A DNA stretch of 64,000 nucleotides, taken from positions 16,494,001 to 16,558,000 of the forward strand of contig CM052817.1 in assembly GCA_028534125.1 (NCBI GenBank), written 5' to 3'. This DNA comes from Lama glama. Taxonomy: Eukaryota. Below are positions 1 through 11,944 of this stretch, piece by piece; within the stretch, counting starts at the first letter, position 1; the number at the start of each line of letters is the position of its first letter. The notes beneath the pieces are model-generated. The model ran no database searches, had not been told where the DNA came from, and saw only the letters and a program-made list of their open reading frames with translations. Made by a program: the position numbers and the translations under genes.

Positions 1-818
1 TTTCATAAGGAACAGGAGATTTGCACGGTCTTTGGTGTCTCTCTAGAGATTGGGCATCAGTTGAGAGGGAAAGAACAGTAACTACACAGTGTAGAAACAG
101 GACAACACCTCGACTAGACGATAAAAACTGGTATCACCCATGTGGGGCAGGGGGATGGTGTGTGCTTCCAGATGTCATTCATTGAGATGGACACATGGCA
201 TCAGTGATGTATCCTGACTGAGAATGCCTCACCTGAGTATACCCATGAGAAAATATCAGACCAAGCCCAAATGAGGAAGGTTCCATTGAGGGGCAAAGAG
301 AGAGCGAGAGAGGGAGAGAGAGAGAGAACTACTATAGTCTTCAAAATGTCAATGTCATAAAATACAAAGAAAGGCTGAACTGGGTGGGGGAAATGCTATA
401 AAGAAGAGTATTAGGTCAGTTGACATTATTGGGTCAATTATGAATTGGAATACGCTAAATACATTAGATAAAAGTATTTTATCAGAGTTAAATCCACTGA
501 AGTTGATAACTGTGGTATGATTATTTAGAAGAATATCCCAATTGTTAGGAAATACACACTGAAGTAATTAGGGGTAACAGGCCATGATGTAGGCAACCTA
601 CTCTCAAATGTTGAGAAGAAGTATTATATAATTATATAGTATGGTTTTATAATTAAAATAATAACATATGTTTTATACATGAGAGGGAGGACGTAAATTA
701 TATGCATATGGGTAAAATGCTAGCACTAGATCAGTCTGGGGATAGGGCTCATGGGTGTTCTTTGTACTACTATGCTTGCCACTTTTCTGCGTTTAGAATG
801 ATTTCCAAACAAAAACTT
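1..818 (+). mobile_element. Old LINE-1 (L1MC/MD-type) 3' UTR fragment
   Basis: L1M 3'-end motifs (cttcaaaatgtcaatgtcataaaa, ttaggaaatacacactgaagta, gggtgttctttgtacta...tttccaaacaaaaa); runs off the window start. Confidence 0.75.
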
Positions 819-826
819 GCATGCGT

Positions 827-858
<32 letters not shown>
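818..858. repeat. (CA)n microsatellite with tgcatgcgtg lead-in
   Basis: About 40 bp of alternating purine/pyrimidine, directly visible. Confidence 0.95.
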
Positions 859-1145
859 CTTGGATCTCATAGCACCTACATACATTCATTAAGATTACAA
901 AAAGATTGGAAGAGAATAACTGAATCCCCACACTGGAATGAAACCTGTGTTTGAACACTTTACTAAATATGTGCTTACGCATAATCAGCCTTCCAGTATC
1001 ACCTTGCAGTACCCTCTCTCCAGGATGGGCTGGGTCCTTAACCTGTGGGTTGAGGTCCTCTGTCTGTGCCCCACTTCTCCATGGTTATATCCACAACATC
1101 TCGTCCCCCTAGTGTTCTGCACGGTGATTTTCCCATTTCAGGGCT

Positions 1146-1560
1146 ATGTTGACTGGGTTCCAGCTAGGACAGTGGAAACCTTCTGGGTATTAAAACAGAG
1201 GGAGTTTAATGTGGGGAATTGGTTACATGGGTGATGGAAGAGTTGAGAAGAGAGAGAGTTCAGGAGATTGAAGCGACCCAAAGGTTTGCAATGGCAGAAA
1301 GCCACTGCCACCTCTGAGCTGGAGAGACAAAGAGAGAAGGCATTGTTGCTGGAGCCCAGGGGCTTGGGTCACCTGGTGGACGCAGGAACCACCACAAACC
1401 TGTCTGGCAGGAGCTAGCAGCTCAGACACAGCCACTGCTGGAGGAATGTCCAGTAAAGTGAAGTCCCTGCTTCTCCCTTCCTCTGGCTCCATCTCCCATG
1501 ACTGCCTCCCCATGGCTGAACACAGGGCACCTTGGGAAATGCAGCTTGCCGGAGTCAGCC
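1146..1560 (-). mobile_element. Old MaLR/ERVL LTR (MLT1-like)
   Basis: gggagtttaatgtggggaattggttaca... and ctcccatgactgcctccccatggctgaa resemble old MLT1 LTRs in reverse. Confidence 0.5.
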
Positions 1561-3690
1561 CATCTCTCACTCTCTTAACACACACATCTTGTGGGATGTG
1601 GAGCAGAACTGGGGAAGGATGAAAATGGATCCGAGCACAGCCACTCCTGTGCCCTTATTGCTATTTGCATATAATTCTTGGCATTTGCATGCACAATGTT
1701 CAAAATCCCCTTTATGTATTATCTCTAGGGAGGCTTGGCTTCTCTCCTGTCTTTGTTTTTTGGTAAATTTCTGGTCTAAGTTCTTGGGCCTGTGACTCCT
1801 TTTCTATTCTAAGCCCTCTGTTGGCCATGATTCCTCTCAAGCCAGCCTGGGTTAGCCATGGTTTCTGCAGCCAAGCAGATCCCTTTGAAGTCCTGCATAG
1901 TTTTTGCGCTAATGTTTATAGCGAGGCTACACCTTTAGGGGTGCTAATCATGCACTTCTCACTCTCTCTCTGGTCTAGTTGCTGTTTCCCAAACACTGTC
2001 TGAAATCACATGCGCAGGATTTTAACCATCTTTGGTGGGAAGAGTCTCTTTTCACTTGCAACCTGGCCCAAAAGCAGAGTTCCCCAGTGGGTGGTGCTAG
2101 GGTGCGTCCTGTGTCCTGTTACTGGAAATGGCCCCGCATCACCGCTTAGGGACACCGCTGCTATGAGCGCTTTGTGCCCAATAGCTTTCTGTCTGTGCTT
2201 TTTTGTGGCCTTGTGTCTAAGAGCAGAAATGATGGAACTTGGCTTCCCATTTTTCCTGGAAAATTAATTTATTCTTTCTATACCCACACATAGGATGGCC
2301 AGAATATTTGAAACAGGCACATATTGGAAGTAGCCCTGGGGGAGGGGCAGGTAAGCACCCTATCTCAGAGTGACTAAATGTCAACGATCTAGAAGTCCCT
2401 GATTCTCTCAGACTGCAGTCACCATGACTTTAAAGATTTAAAGCAGATCAGATTCCCATTTAACTTTTGTGAATCGGCATCCCTCCCAACAAATCGTACT
2501 ATTTCATGCTTCCATTTGATTCTCAATCTCCAGTCTATGTTCTCTTTCGAGGGGTATGCTGTTCCTTTTCCACACTGCCCAACTGATGTCATTCTTAACA
2601 TCATGAACGTCCTTGACATTGGGAGCCATGTATTTCAAAAGCCCTGTCCTCACTGTGGCCAGAGAAATGAAGCCGTGTTGTGTTCAGGTTTACCTGCTGT
2701 TGCACTAGTATTGCTTACTCAAGTGCGTGCACGTCCCTAAAATCCCGCATTGATACAGGCATCACAAAACTTTACGGGGATTTTGAAGTTATTGGGGCTG
2801 TGTTAACTCAATATAGCACATGCACATGTGAGTGCACATACATGCATACACACCCCAACTTAGAATTAAACATTAAACCTCCCTATGCTAAAGTTTGTTG
2901 GCCTTTCTTGTACCATGAATTCCTTACTGGACAGTCTTCCATATAAAATATGGTCCAACCCCATCTTCTCCCTTTGTTCCCTTTTTACATCTCTTCTTTC
3001 TTACGTCCTCGTTTTTAGAGGATAGCCTCCAACCCAGCCACCCTCCTTTTGTATTTTCCTAAGCCAGGTGATTCACTCCTCCCAATGGGATTACTGTCTC
3101 CAGTCCAAGCAGACCAGACTCCAAGTGCTAGCCTTCCATAACCAGAATGGCTCATCAGAATTTCCCCTAAATAAGAGAGGTTCTCTCTCTCAGAACCCTA
3201 CCAGCTGTTGGCTGCTAATGTGTTTTTAGAGATGGAGTGGAATTGGGGTTGGGAGGGGAGAACACAGGAAGAGGGTTCGACAATAGGAGTCCCTTGTGAA
3301 GGGGGTAAAATAAACATGCTAAACTTGAGAATAATCTGGACAATTTCCTGCTCTCCCAAATATCCACCTCACAGCCTCTAATTCTGTGCTTTGTTCTTTT
3401 GGATTCTGAAAGCTTTTTGGTCTTCAGTAATTTCCTATTAAAATGCAAATACCTACTGGGAGTTGTTAAGCCTTATCAGTTAATAGTTGACTGTTGCATG
3501 AGCCGAGGATCCTGCTTTAATGGGCCTGGGGTGGCAGCGGGATGGGGTGATATTGTGGAAGGACAAACAGATTCAGGAAGAAGGGGAGAGGATATTTATT
3601 GAAGGGGTCATTTTGTGGTCTGTCTTATATTTTGACCGAATGAACTCCGCTCACCATTATCCACAGCCCTTTTCTTTGTCTTCTCAACAG

Positions 3691-3733
3691 GAGAAGTTTT
3701 AAAGTGGTTGGTTTGTTTCTCTTTGACCCAAGC
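3691..3733 (+). other. Candidate 43-nt exon
   Basis: Acceptor cccttttctttgtcttctcaacag|G and donor AGC|gtaagt; motif evidence only. Confidence 0.3.
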
Positions 3734-3929
3734 GTAAGTTGAATTCAGCAGGATGCTTCTCTACTTTGCCATGTCTAAATTAGAAAGAGTAAAAGTAATG
3801 CAAGGAAATAGCTACTACGGAACCCCTCTCCGTTTAAATTTAGCTCCTTTTGATGGCATCAGCCCCATGACAAACACGTGGCCTTGGTGGCTTAGTGGGT
3901 GGCAGCAAAGCCTGGACATGGCCAGGATG

Positions 3930-4250
3930 TTGGGTGCGCTTCCTTCGTGGCAGGAGGTAAGCCGAATTCCTACCACCGGACTTGCCAATGTACGCGCGTC
4001 GGCAAGGGCGAAAAAGAGCGCGGATGCCCACTGCCGATCATCCCAACTGCCAGGAAACCGCAGAAAGCCGGCGCAGCCTCCAGGGGAAATGGAGGTACCG
4101 TCAGCTGAGTTTCACAGCCTTTCACTGAAGCGCCTTCTCCATCACCTGTGCGCTCTCTACCTACTGCGCGTGTCTTCTGTCCCCTGCTGGACTGCAAGGG
4201 TCTTCAGCAGGAGCCAGGCTGCTTCATCTTCACGTGCAAGTCCGAAATGC
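3930..4250. promoter_or_regulatory. Small CpG-rich patch (promoter-, enhancer- or exon-like)
   Basis: About 22 CpGs counted by eye in ~320 bp of unique sequence, against a CpG-depleted background. Confidence 0.5.
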
Positions 4251-5554
4251 TTTCAGAATAAATGCATTTGTAAAGAATAAGCAACAATGCAGAATCATTC
4301 TGAAGCAGAATTTGGAAATAAATGAAGACTTTTCTATCCTCCCATCCCTTTCCTCCAGAATTGTTTTCTCTTCTAGTTGTGATATTAAAATATATAACAA
4401 CCAGGAAGGCACCAGAACTAATCAATCAGAATAGAAGCAGGCTTGCTTAGAAGCTAGGTCCTGGGGCCACCTGCTGCGTGGCATTAACCCTTTAGTTCCT
4501 GGAGCATTAAGTTCCAAGGGAGAGACTGGACTGGGAAACGTTTGCCCAGTTGGCTCAGGGTAGCATCAATTTACCTACCAATGTGGAAGCGTTCCAACAT
4601 TTTTAACAACCTTGTGGCTATCTATCCTGGTGGGTCCCACCTGAATACCAGTCCTGCTCCTTTCCTGGCTCTCTGCTCTCAGCTTCAAAGCTGGGGTGAT
4701 CTGAGCCTGTGAAAGCTCTACCTCGCATCGGCCTGTGCTCTTTGGGGCGTGGGGTCAGTGAGCTCAGTCCTAGAGCAGGTGTAGGGGTCATAGTGAAGAG
4801 GCCCAGGGCTCAGAGGGCACAGTCTTAGTGGCTCTGAGCTGGCAGGACAGGCCACAGCCTTTCCTCAGGCCCAGCAGGCGTGGTCATTAGCTTTGGTGCC
4901 AAATTCTCTGTGGCCTGTGACAGCCCCAGGGAAAGGCTTCCTATGACACTGAGATATCAGCTTTCTATTTCTATTTTTTGCCTTGCTTATTCCCACTATT
5001 GAAGAAAAAAAATACTTTCCCTTCTCCCCTCACCCTCATCCCTCTAAAAAAAAACTGTCTTTTGGCAAACCCAGTTCTGCTGCTTGCTGAGGAAAGTGGA
5101 GGAAGGTTTTAGTTGCCTCCACACAGATCCAGCTCTGGGCTCACTTTTACTACCTCTTCCTCATTCATGCATCAGATCTCTCATCTAGGACAGGGGAGGG
5201 GAGCCCTGACTCTTGGGGTCTTTGAATGTAATCATGGACCTGGTTGGGGTGTGGAGGGGGGCCAGGAAGAGGAGAGCAAGGAAGTGAGCTATTTTCAGTT
5301 TGTCAAAAATCCAAATGGAAATTATAGATGAACACAGCACCCTTGTGTGCAGCTAGAGAAATTCAACTTGAGCCAGCTTAGGAGAAAAAAAAAGTGGAAT
5401 TAATTAGCTCATGAAATCAATCCACAGGAAGAACTGGGGTGTGCTGAGCCTCAGGGACAGCTGGGACCAGTGCCTTAAATGTCACCGGGACGTTCTCTCA
5501 TTTCTCTAACTCTCACCTGTGCTCTTCTCTGATTGTGGGCTTCATTCTCTAGAT

Positions 5555-5755
5555 CAGCGGTTCTCAACCAATGATGGAAAGAGACTTTACTGCCCCCCAC
5601 CGTGGGACATTTGGCAACATCTAGAGGAAGATGCTGCTGGCATCTGGTGGGTAAAGGCCAAGGATGCTACTATACATTCTACAATACACAGAACAGCCCC
5701 CCCTGAAACAAAGGATTATCTGATCAAAGATGTCTATAGTAGTTGAGAAACTCTG
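5555..5755 (+). mobile_element. MER20 (hAT-Charlie), inserted in an MLT1-like remnant
   Basis: Termini cagcggttctcaacc...gttgagaaactctg; internal gggacatttggcaacatct and ggcatctggtgggtaaaggccaaggatgct. Confidence 0.8.
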
Positions 5756-6569
5756 GTCTGAGACCAGCTTTCTCCATGTGATTGGAAACTGGCTGCTGGC
5801 AGCTCCCAGGCCCACATCCAACAGCTTTGGTAGCACAAGGAGGACTGAGATGTGTGCACTCTGATCCAAATGTCAATAATCCCAGGAAGCTCTCTGCTTG
5901 GCTTAGCTTGGTCCAGAGGCTCACCCCTAGACTAGTCAGTAGGTCCAGACGGGTGGGATTTTAGATTAGAGAAGCCCTTTCTAGAGCCTCATGGTTGAAG
6001 ATGGGAAGGAGCATTCTCAGAAGTAGGCAAGTAAAGGGCGGGGGAAAAAAGTGACAATAAAGTTCCAAACGCTACTTCTTAGTAAGTTCAGTTCATTTGG
6101 GAGGCAACATGTTTTAAATCTAGGGATGTGGGGGAGCCCGTGAAGAGAAGTAAAGTTTGGTGGAATAAATTTTGGAAACTGTATTAATACCAAATCCTCC
6201 ACTAAAATACTACGCAGGCCAGCCAGTGTCTCCCAATCCAAACCTCCTTTTTCCCATTCCTCCCATGAAGACAATTCTTGGGGACCTGTTCTCACTTAGA
6301 ATCTATGGGTGGTAAGTGGCTATTTAGATAAATTAATTATCACTAATGTTTAGCTAGATAATGAGTCATTCTTTCCAGATGACATAATGCCTAACCCCAT
6401 TACAACGTGCATATTGTTTAAAAGGTCCTTAAAGGAAGAAATAATGGTAGAAATTTCAGGAAAGTGGGAGCTTGGCAGGAAGATATTTTTGTTTTGGTAG
6501 CCTTTAGATTCAGGTCACTTATGCAGATAGCAGGTTACGCTATAACTGAATAAGGCATGTTCAAGGTCA

Positions 6570-6714
6570 ACATTTTCTGAATTGTGTTCTTTGAAACACT
6601 GAGTTCCTAGAATGGTAGAAATTATTATTGAAAATAGAGAGTCCATGATTGAGTCAGCTGGGAAATGCTGGTTTAGATGACATTCAGTGAGTTTCTTTAC
6701 TATAGGACTCAGAG
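6570..6714 (-). mobile_element. MER103C-like hAT element, left part (split by L1)
   Basis: gtttctttactataggactcagag continues after the L1 as gactcagagcttttaatagattag...cttcccaaacttt. Confidence 0.6.
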
Positions 6715-8549
6715 GGTTTTTTTTTTTTTAAATTGAAGTATAGTTGACTTACAATGTTTTGTTAATTACTGGTATACACATAGTGATTCATTTATACTTC
6801 TATATTCCTTTTCATATTCATTTTCAATATAGGCCATTAAAAAGGTATTGAATATAGTTCCTTGTGCTATACACTGAGATGTTGTTGTTTACTTTATACG
6901 TAGTAGTTTGTATCTGCAAATCCCAAACTCCGAACTTATCCCTCCCCACCCATTTTCTCTCTGGTAACCGTAGGTTTGTTTTCTATGTCTGTGGGTCTGT
7001 CTCTTCTTTTGTAAATAAGTTCACTTGTGTCCTTTTTTTTTTTTTTAAGATTCCACATATAAGTGATTTCATATGCTGTTTTTCTTCCGCTTTCTGGCTT
7101 ACTTCACTTAGAATGACATTCTCCAGTTCCATCCATGTTGCTGCAAATGGCATGATTTTTTATGGCTGAGTACTATTCCATTGTATAAATATACCACAAC
7201 TTCTTTATGCAGTCATCTGTCAATGGACATTTAGGTTGTTTCCATGTCTTGGCCATTGTAAATAGTGCTGCTATGAACATTGGGGTGCATGTATCTTTTT
7301 GAATTAAGGTTCCCTCTGGATATATACCCAAGAGTGAGATTGCTGGATCATATATAGTAAGTCTATTTTTAGTCTTTTGAGGAGTCTCCATACTGTTTTC
7401 CATAAAGGCTGCACCAAACTACATTTCCACCAATAGTGTAAGAGGGTTCCCTTTTCTCCACACCATCTCCAGCATTTATTGTTTGTGAATTTTTTAATGA
7501 TGACAATTCCAACTGGTGTGAGGTGATACCTCATTGCAGTTTTGATTTGCATTTCTCTGATAATTAGTGATACTGAGCATTTTTTCATGTGCCTATTGGC
7601 AATTTGTATGTCTTCATTGGAGAAATATTTGTTTAGGTCTTCTGCCCACTTTCGGATTGGGTTGTTTGTTTGTTTGTTTGTTTGTTTGTTTTTGTTATTG
7701 AGTTGTATGAGCTGTTTGTATATTCTGGAAATTAAGCATTTGTCAGTTGCAAATATTTTCTCCCATTCTATAGGTTGTCTTTTCATTTTATTTATGGTTT
7801 CCTTTGCTGTACAAAAGCTTATAAGCTTAATTAAGTCCCCTTTGTTTATTTTTTCCTTTATTTCTATTGCCTCAGTAGACTGCCCTGGGAGAACATTGTT
7901 ATGATTTATGTTAGAGAATGTTTTCCGTATGTTCTCTTCTAGGAGGTTTATGGTATCTTGTCTTATGTTTATGTCTTTAAGCCATTTTCAGTTAATTTTT
8001 GTGCACAGTTTGAGGGAGTGTTCAAATTTCATTAATTTGCATGCAGCTGTCCAGCTTTCCCAACACCACTTGCCAAAGAGACTGCCTTTTCTCCATTGTA
8101 TATTCTTGCCACTTTTGTTGAAGATTAATTGACCATAGGTGTGTGGGTTTATTTCTGAGCTCTCTGTTCTGTTCCATTGATCCATATGTCTGTTTGTGTG
8201 CCAATTCCATGCTCTTTTGATTACTGTAACTTTGTAGTGTTGTCTGAAGTCTGGGAGGGTTATGCTTCCAGCTTTGTTTTTTTTCCTCAGTATTACTTTG
8301 GCAATTCTGGGTCTTCTGTGATTCCATATTAATTTTAGTATTACTTGTTCCAGTTCTGTGAAAAATGTCCTGGCTAATTTGATAGGGATTGCATTAAATC
8401 TGTAGATTGTTCTGGATAGTGTGACCATTTTAACAATATCAATTCTTCCAATCCAAGAGCATGGAATATCTTTCCATTTCTTTAAATCAGCTTTAATTTC
8501 CTTAATCAATGTTTTATAGTTCTCTGAGTATAAGTTTTTCATCTCCTAA
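6715..8549 (-). mobile_element. 5'-truncated lineage-specific LINE-1 (~1.83 kb; end of ORF2 + 3' UTR + poly-A)
   Basis: Poly-T at the left end; ORF2 peptides in ORF track ([51 protein letters not shown]); TSD core gactcagag at 6706-6714 and 8550-8558; TTTT/AA endonuclease site at the right junction. Confidence 0.95.
7173..8542 (-). pseudogene. Degenerate L1 ORF2 C-terminal region including the Cys-rich domain
   Basis: ORF2 is split into pieces 7988-8542, 7304-7786 and 7173-7403 by stops and frameshifts. Confidence 0.9.
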
Positions 8550-8808
8550 GACTCAGAGCTTTTAATAGATTAGGTATTGTGATTCTCAGTAAGAAACTAT
8601 ATAGTATGCAGACTTCCCAAACTTTGGGGGTCAAGGAACTTCCACTGTTGAGATATATTTTACATAAGGTATACAGCCCTGTTTTGTACCTACTGTCCTT
8701 GAATAATTGCTAAAGGCATCTACTTTCACACCCCAAAGTGTAACCCAATTTTGAGAGTAAATTATATGTCATCCTATTCTAACAGGAACACGCTTTGGAA
8801 AATGCTTT
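8550..8808 (-). mobile_element. MER103C-like right part with nested MER94-like insert (~8665-8777)
   Basis: ctgtccttgaataatt...ctttcacaccccaaagtgt...aaattatatgtcatccta resembles MER94 reversed; the host resumes ggaacacgctttggaaaatgct. Confidence 0.55.
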
Positions 8809-9549
8809 TCTCTTGTCATCTTTATTTGGAGAGAGCAACTTTTTACACCAACTTAGATCAGCCTTAGGAATACCTCTCTGCTGACATTATTTTCGCTAAA
8901 GGAAATTCTTAGTTCTTTCTAGATGAGCACAGCATGAGAACTACCTGGAACAATGGTTTCCTGTTGTCCCCCAAAACACTCCTAAATTGACCCCTGTCAA
9001 TCAATGCTAGCATTAGAATCTCAGAATCAAGACATAGACTTTTAAAATTAGGCAGACCCTAACGTCATCGCATTATTAAGGAATCGTCTGGTTTTAAGAG
9101 ACAGAAACTCAGATTGAACAGCCAAAAAGAGAAAAAAAAGAGTAACTTAGAGAAGAAAATTCTAGAAGCAGAGGACAAAATTTCAGAACCAAAGCACCTG
9201 TGAGTCCCCTGGAGGCTGGACCCAGTTTCTTGCTGTTTCCAGAATTTTCTCTTTAATCACAGCTTGTCTCTGCCTTAGCTTTAATCTGTCCCACTTCAGA
9301 CCATGCTGCCTGTATAGATGCTGGTGATTACAGAAGACAAATTTATGACCTTCAAGTATTCACATAACAAATATCCGACAAAACAAAGACAATCATTTAA
9401 AAATTAGAACCATGAGCAAAAACATTAAGCAATGCAGAGTGATTTCAAAGGAAGAGAAGCCCAGGACAATGGGGTTTTGTTTTAAGCTCAAAGTGTAGGA
9501 CAAAACCCAATTCCTATAAATAATTATGCTTAAAAATTCCTTAAATCAC

Positions 9550-9588
9550 CTATCAAATACAGTATGTGTGGTTTTTCGTTGTCAATTC
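9550..9588 (-). other. Candidate 39-nt exon with upstream TGCATG elements
   Basis: Long T-rich tract ending catatcag|G; donor TAG|gtgatt; minus-strand TGCATG at 9612-9617 and 9666-9671. Confidence 0.3.
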
Positions 9589-10074
9589 CTGATATGTACA
9601 AGTGACAGAGACATGCAGTAAAGTGCAGAAAATAATAAATAATGTACAGAAAAATAGTGAGTCCACATGCAAAACATAAATTTCCAGGCTTTTTACTTTT
9701 ATAAAAGAAAGATGAGAAAACAGAAGAATAGAGAAGAAAACAAAGAAAAACTACAGATGATTTCTTCAGTTGAGCACCAGATGAAGTACTCAGTTTAGAA
9801 TTAAAGGGCATTTCATACCACAAAAAAATTTTATCTTTAAATACTGTAGTGATATTTAGGGCAAAGACCATGAAACACTTACCAGGGAGAAGAGCTGCAT
9901 TAAATCCTCAATCTTATGCTCACACTGAGCTTGGTTGTCTCATGGGAGGTGGGGCAGAGTCATCTGCCCTATTTTGAGTCTATTACCTTTCCTTTTGGTT
10001 TTCTTCCTCTCCCTCCCCCCTCCCCTTAGCCCTCTGTCTCTCTCTCCCTTCCACCTCCCTCCTTTTCCTTAAGC

Positions 10075-10310
10075 CAGTGTGGCAGGCAGAGTAATACAGT
10101 AGTAAGAAACATGGTATACTGTTGCACTGATTTAAATCCCACCCCCTCTCACTATGGGACCTTGGAAAAGTTACTTAGTCTTTCTATACCTCACATATAA
10201 AATGAGGGCAATGACAGAACATACCTCAGAGTTTTGCTGTGATGACTCAATGAGATGATGCACACAAAGCACTTGGAATAGTGACAGATACTTAAAACCA
10301 CTAGTACTGC
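10075..10310 (+). mobile_element. MIR SINE
   Basis: gaccttggaaaagttacttag...taaaatgaggg...acctcagagttttgctgtgatgactcaatgagat. Confidence 0.75.
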
Positions 10311-10524
10311 TAATACTACTGCGACTACAATTTGCACTGTGGTAAAACCAAGAGGGTTTCTGCTCTCCGGGGACCTTCATCGATTTTTCACTTTGTTCAT
10401 TTCCTCCCAATCCCCAGGGTTTGTTTTGTTTGTTTGTTTTTCTGTTCAACCCATCTTTGACTGGTTTGTACCTTATGGAGACAAATCCTCTTTTGATTCT
10501 TTCTTCAAGAGTTAACACTCAATT

Positions 10525-10660
10525 CTTCATTCATTCATTTCATTTAACTCATATTTATTAAGTGACTTCTGTGTCTCAGGCATAATTCCAGGTGTTGGAG
10601 ATACAGCAGAAAACAAATCAACACAAATCCCACCCTTGGGAGCTAATATTCCAGCAGGAG
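10525..10660 (-). mobile_element. L2 3' end
   Basis: cattcattcattcatt...atatttattaagtgacttctgtgtctcaggcat. Confidence 0.7.
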
Positions 10661-10971
10661 AAGGAAGCTCTGAAGGGGAAAATTTCAAGCATTCCTACTC
10701 CCTAGTTTATGATCCAACTTACGTTGTGTTTCTCCCCTCTCCTGCTCCAGCTTGCTTGTTTCTAATTTCTTGATGCCACCTCCTTGGCGTAAACTTTCAT
10801 GTGAATACCCTAGGTTATCCCTGAAAAGATTTCAGGCAGCTTCCTTGCTTTTTAACCTCATTGCTTCTAACTGACTTGCTCCCTCCCTTACCACGTGCTC
10901 TGATGTTTTCCGAGGTGTCATTCGCCTCTTCCAAGCTGGATCCATCTCCTACCCAGTCTTTCAGAGCCCCT

Positions 10972-11170
10972 TCATTTGGTGCAGGCAACAAATCCCAATT
11001 TAGCATCACTTGTGATTATAATTAATGTGCTGTTTACTCCCTCTTCCAGATCATTAATGAAGATGTTAAATGAGACCAAAATGAAACCGTGTCCCCGTGG
11101 CACCCCGCTAGACACCTTCCAACAACTTGACACCCTGCCATTTGCTGTTTCATTACCTTTTGTTTACCTC
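10972..11170 (-). mobile_element. Ancient CR1/L3-family LINE fragment (reverse transcriptase core)
   Basis: 11142->10972 translates [56 protein letters not shown], matching CR1 [21 protein letters not shown]...SKFADDTKLG. Confidence 0.85.
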
Positions 11171-11498
11171 GTGAGCCCAAGCCCTAGTTTCTCAAAAAGA
11201 CATAAAGCTTGATATTTCTGCTGCTGCAGAGATGCCACTTAAAGGTGGGGGTATTAAAACCTGGCAGATTGTCAATACATCTTTTTGAGTTTGAATTAAA
11301 TGTGGATTATGAATAGAGCATTGTCAGTAAATACTTGGTTGCTCTCCCTGCTCTCAGATGCCTTTGTTTTCCCTGGACTTTCTGCAGCTGTTCTGTCTTT
11401 CCCAGAGCAGAGAAGGGAAGATGTTTACTGTCTGCAAAGATGTTGCTTGGATCAGCTTAACCCTGAACTGGAAAGTTATTCTGTTACATGTGAAGGCT

Positions 11499-11944
11499 GT
11501 GCTAGGTGGATTGCTTTCTTAGTCCCAGATTTTCTCCTTTGCCTGTATCCATGCCCACCCCATGTAACCCTGCAGAGCCCCCTCCTGCTCTGATTCTGGA
11601 CCTGTCATGTGACTTTCTTTGACAGGATTTCAGCAGACATAATGCAGACACAGGCTTGAAAAAAATCACTTGCATGTCTCTTCCTGAATTCTCGCACCCT
11701 TCACAACTGCTGTGAAAACAGGCCTGGGAGAGCTTGTTGGAAGATAGGATACATGGAGCAGAGCCCAGTCACCCCCATTGTCCAGTCAGGACAACTGATG
11801 CCCTCCAGATATGCAAAGGGGCCCAGACCAGATCAGCAGCACCTCCCAGCTGACCAACAGATGCATGAAAAATGAGTAGATTGCTTCTGATGACTTGTGG
11901 TTATTTGTTACACAGTGGTAGCCGTGGCAATAGATAGCTGATAC
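11499..11944 (+). mobile_element. MaLR LTR (MLT1H/I-like)
   Basis: TG start; ccagaccagatcagcagcacctcccagctgacc; end tttgttacacag...gcaatagatagctgataca. Confidence 0.7.

Noticed and set aside
4170..4250. FCPLLDCKG...FTCK as an IBR/zinc-finger exon
   Set aside because: Only a superficial Cys pattern; the frame stops before the remaining ligands
3753..4280. 175-aa plus-strand ORF as a gene
   Set aside because: No recognisable domain; a few ORFs this long are expected by chance in six frames of 64 kb, especially in a GC-rich patch
7173..8542. L1 ORF2 pieces as a functional or domesticated CDS
   Set aside because: 5'-truncated, lacks the endonuclease and RT core, and is broken by stops and frameshifts
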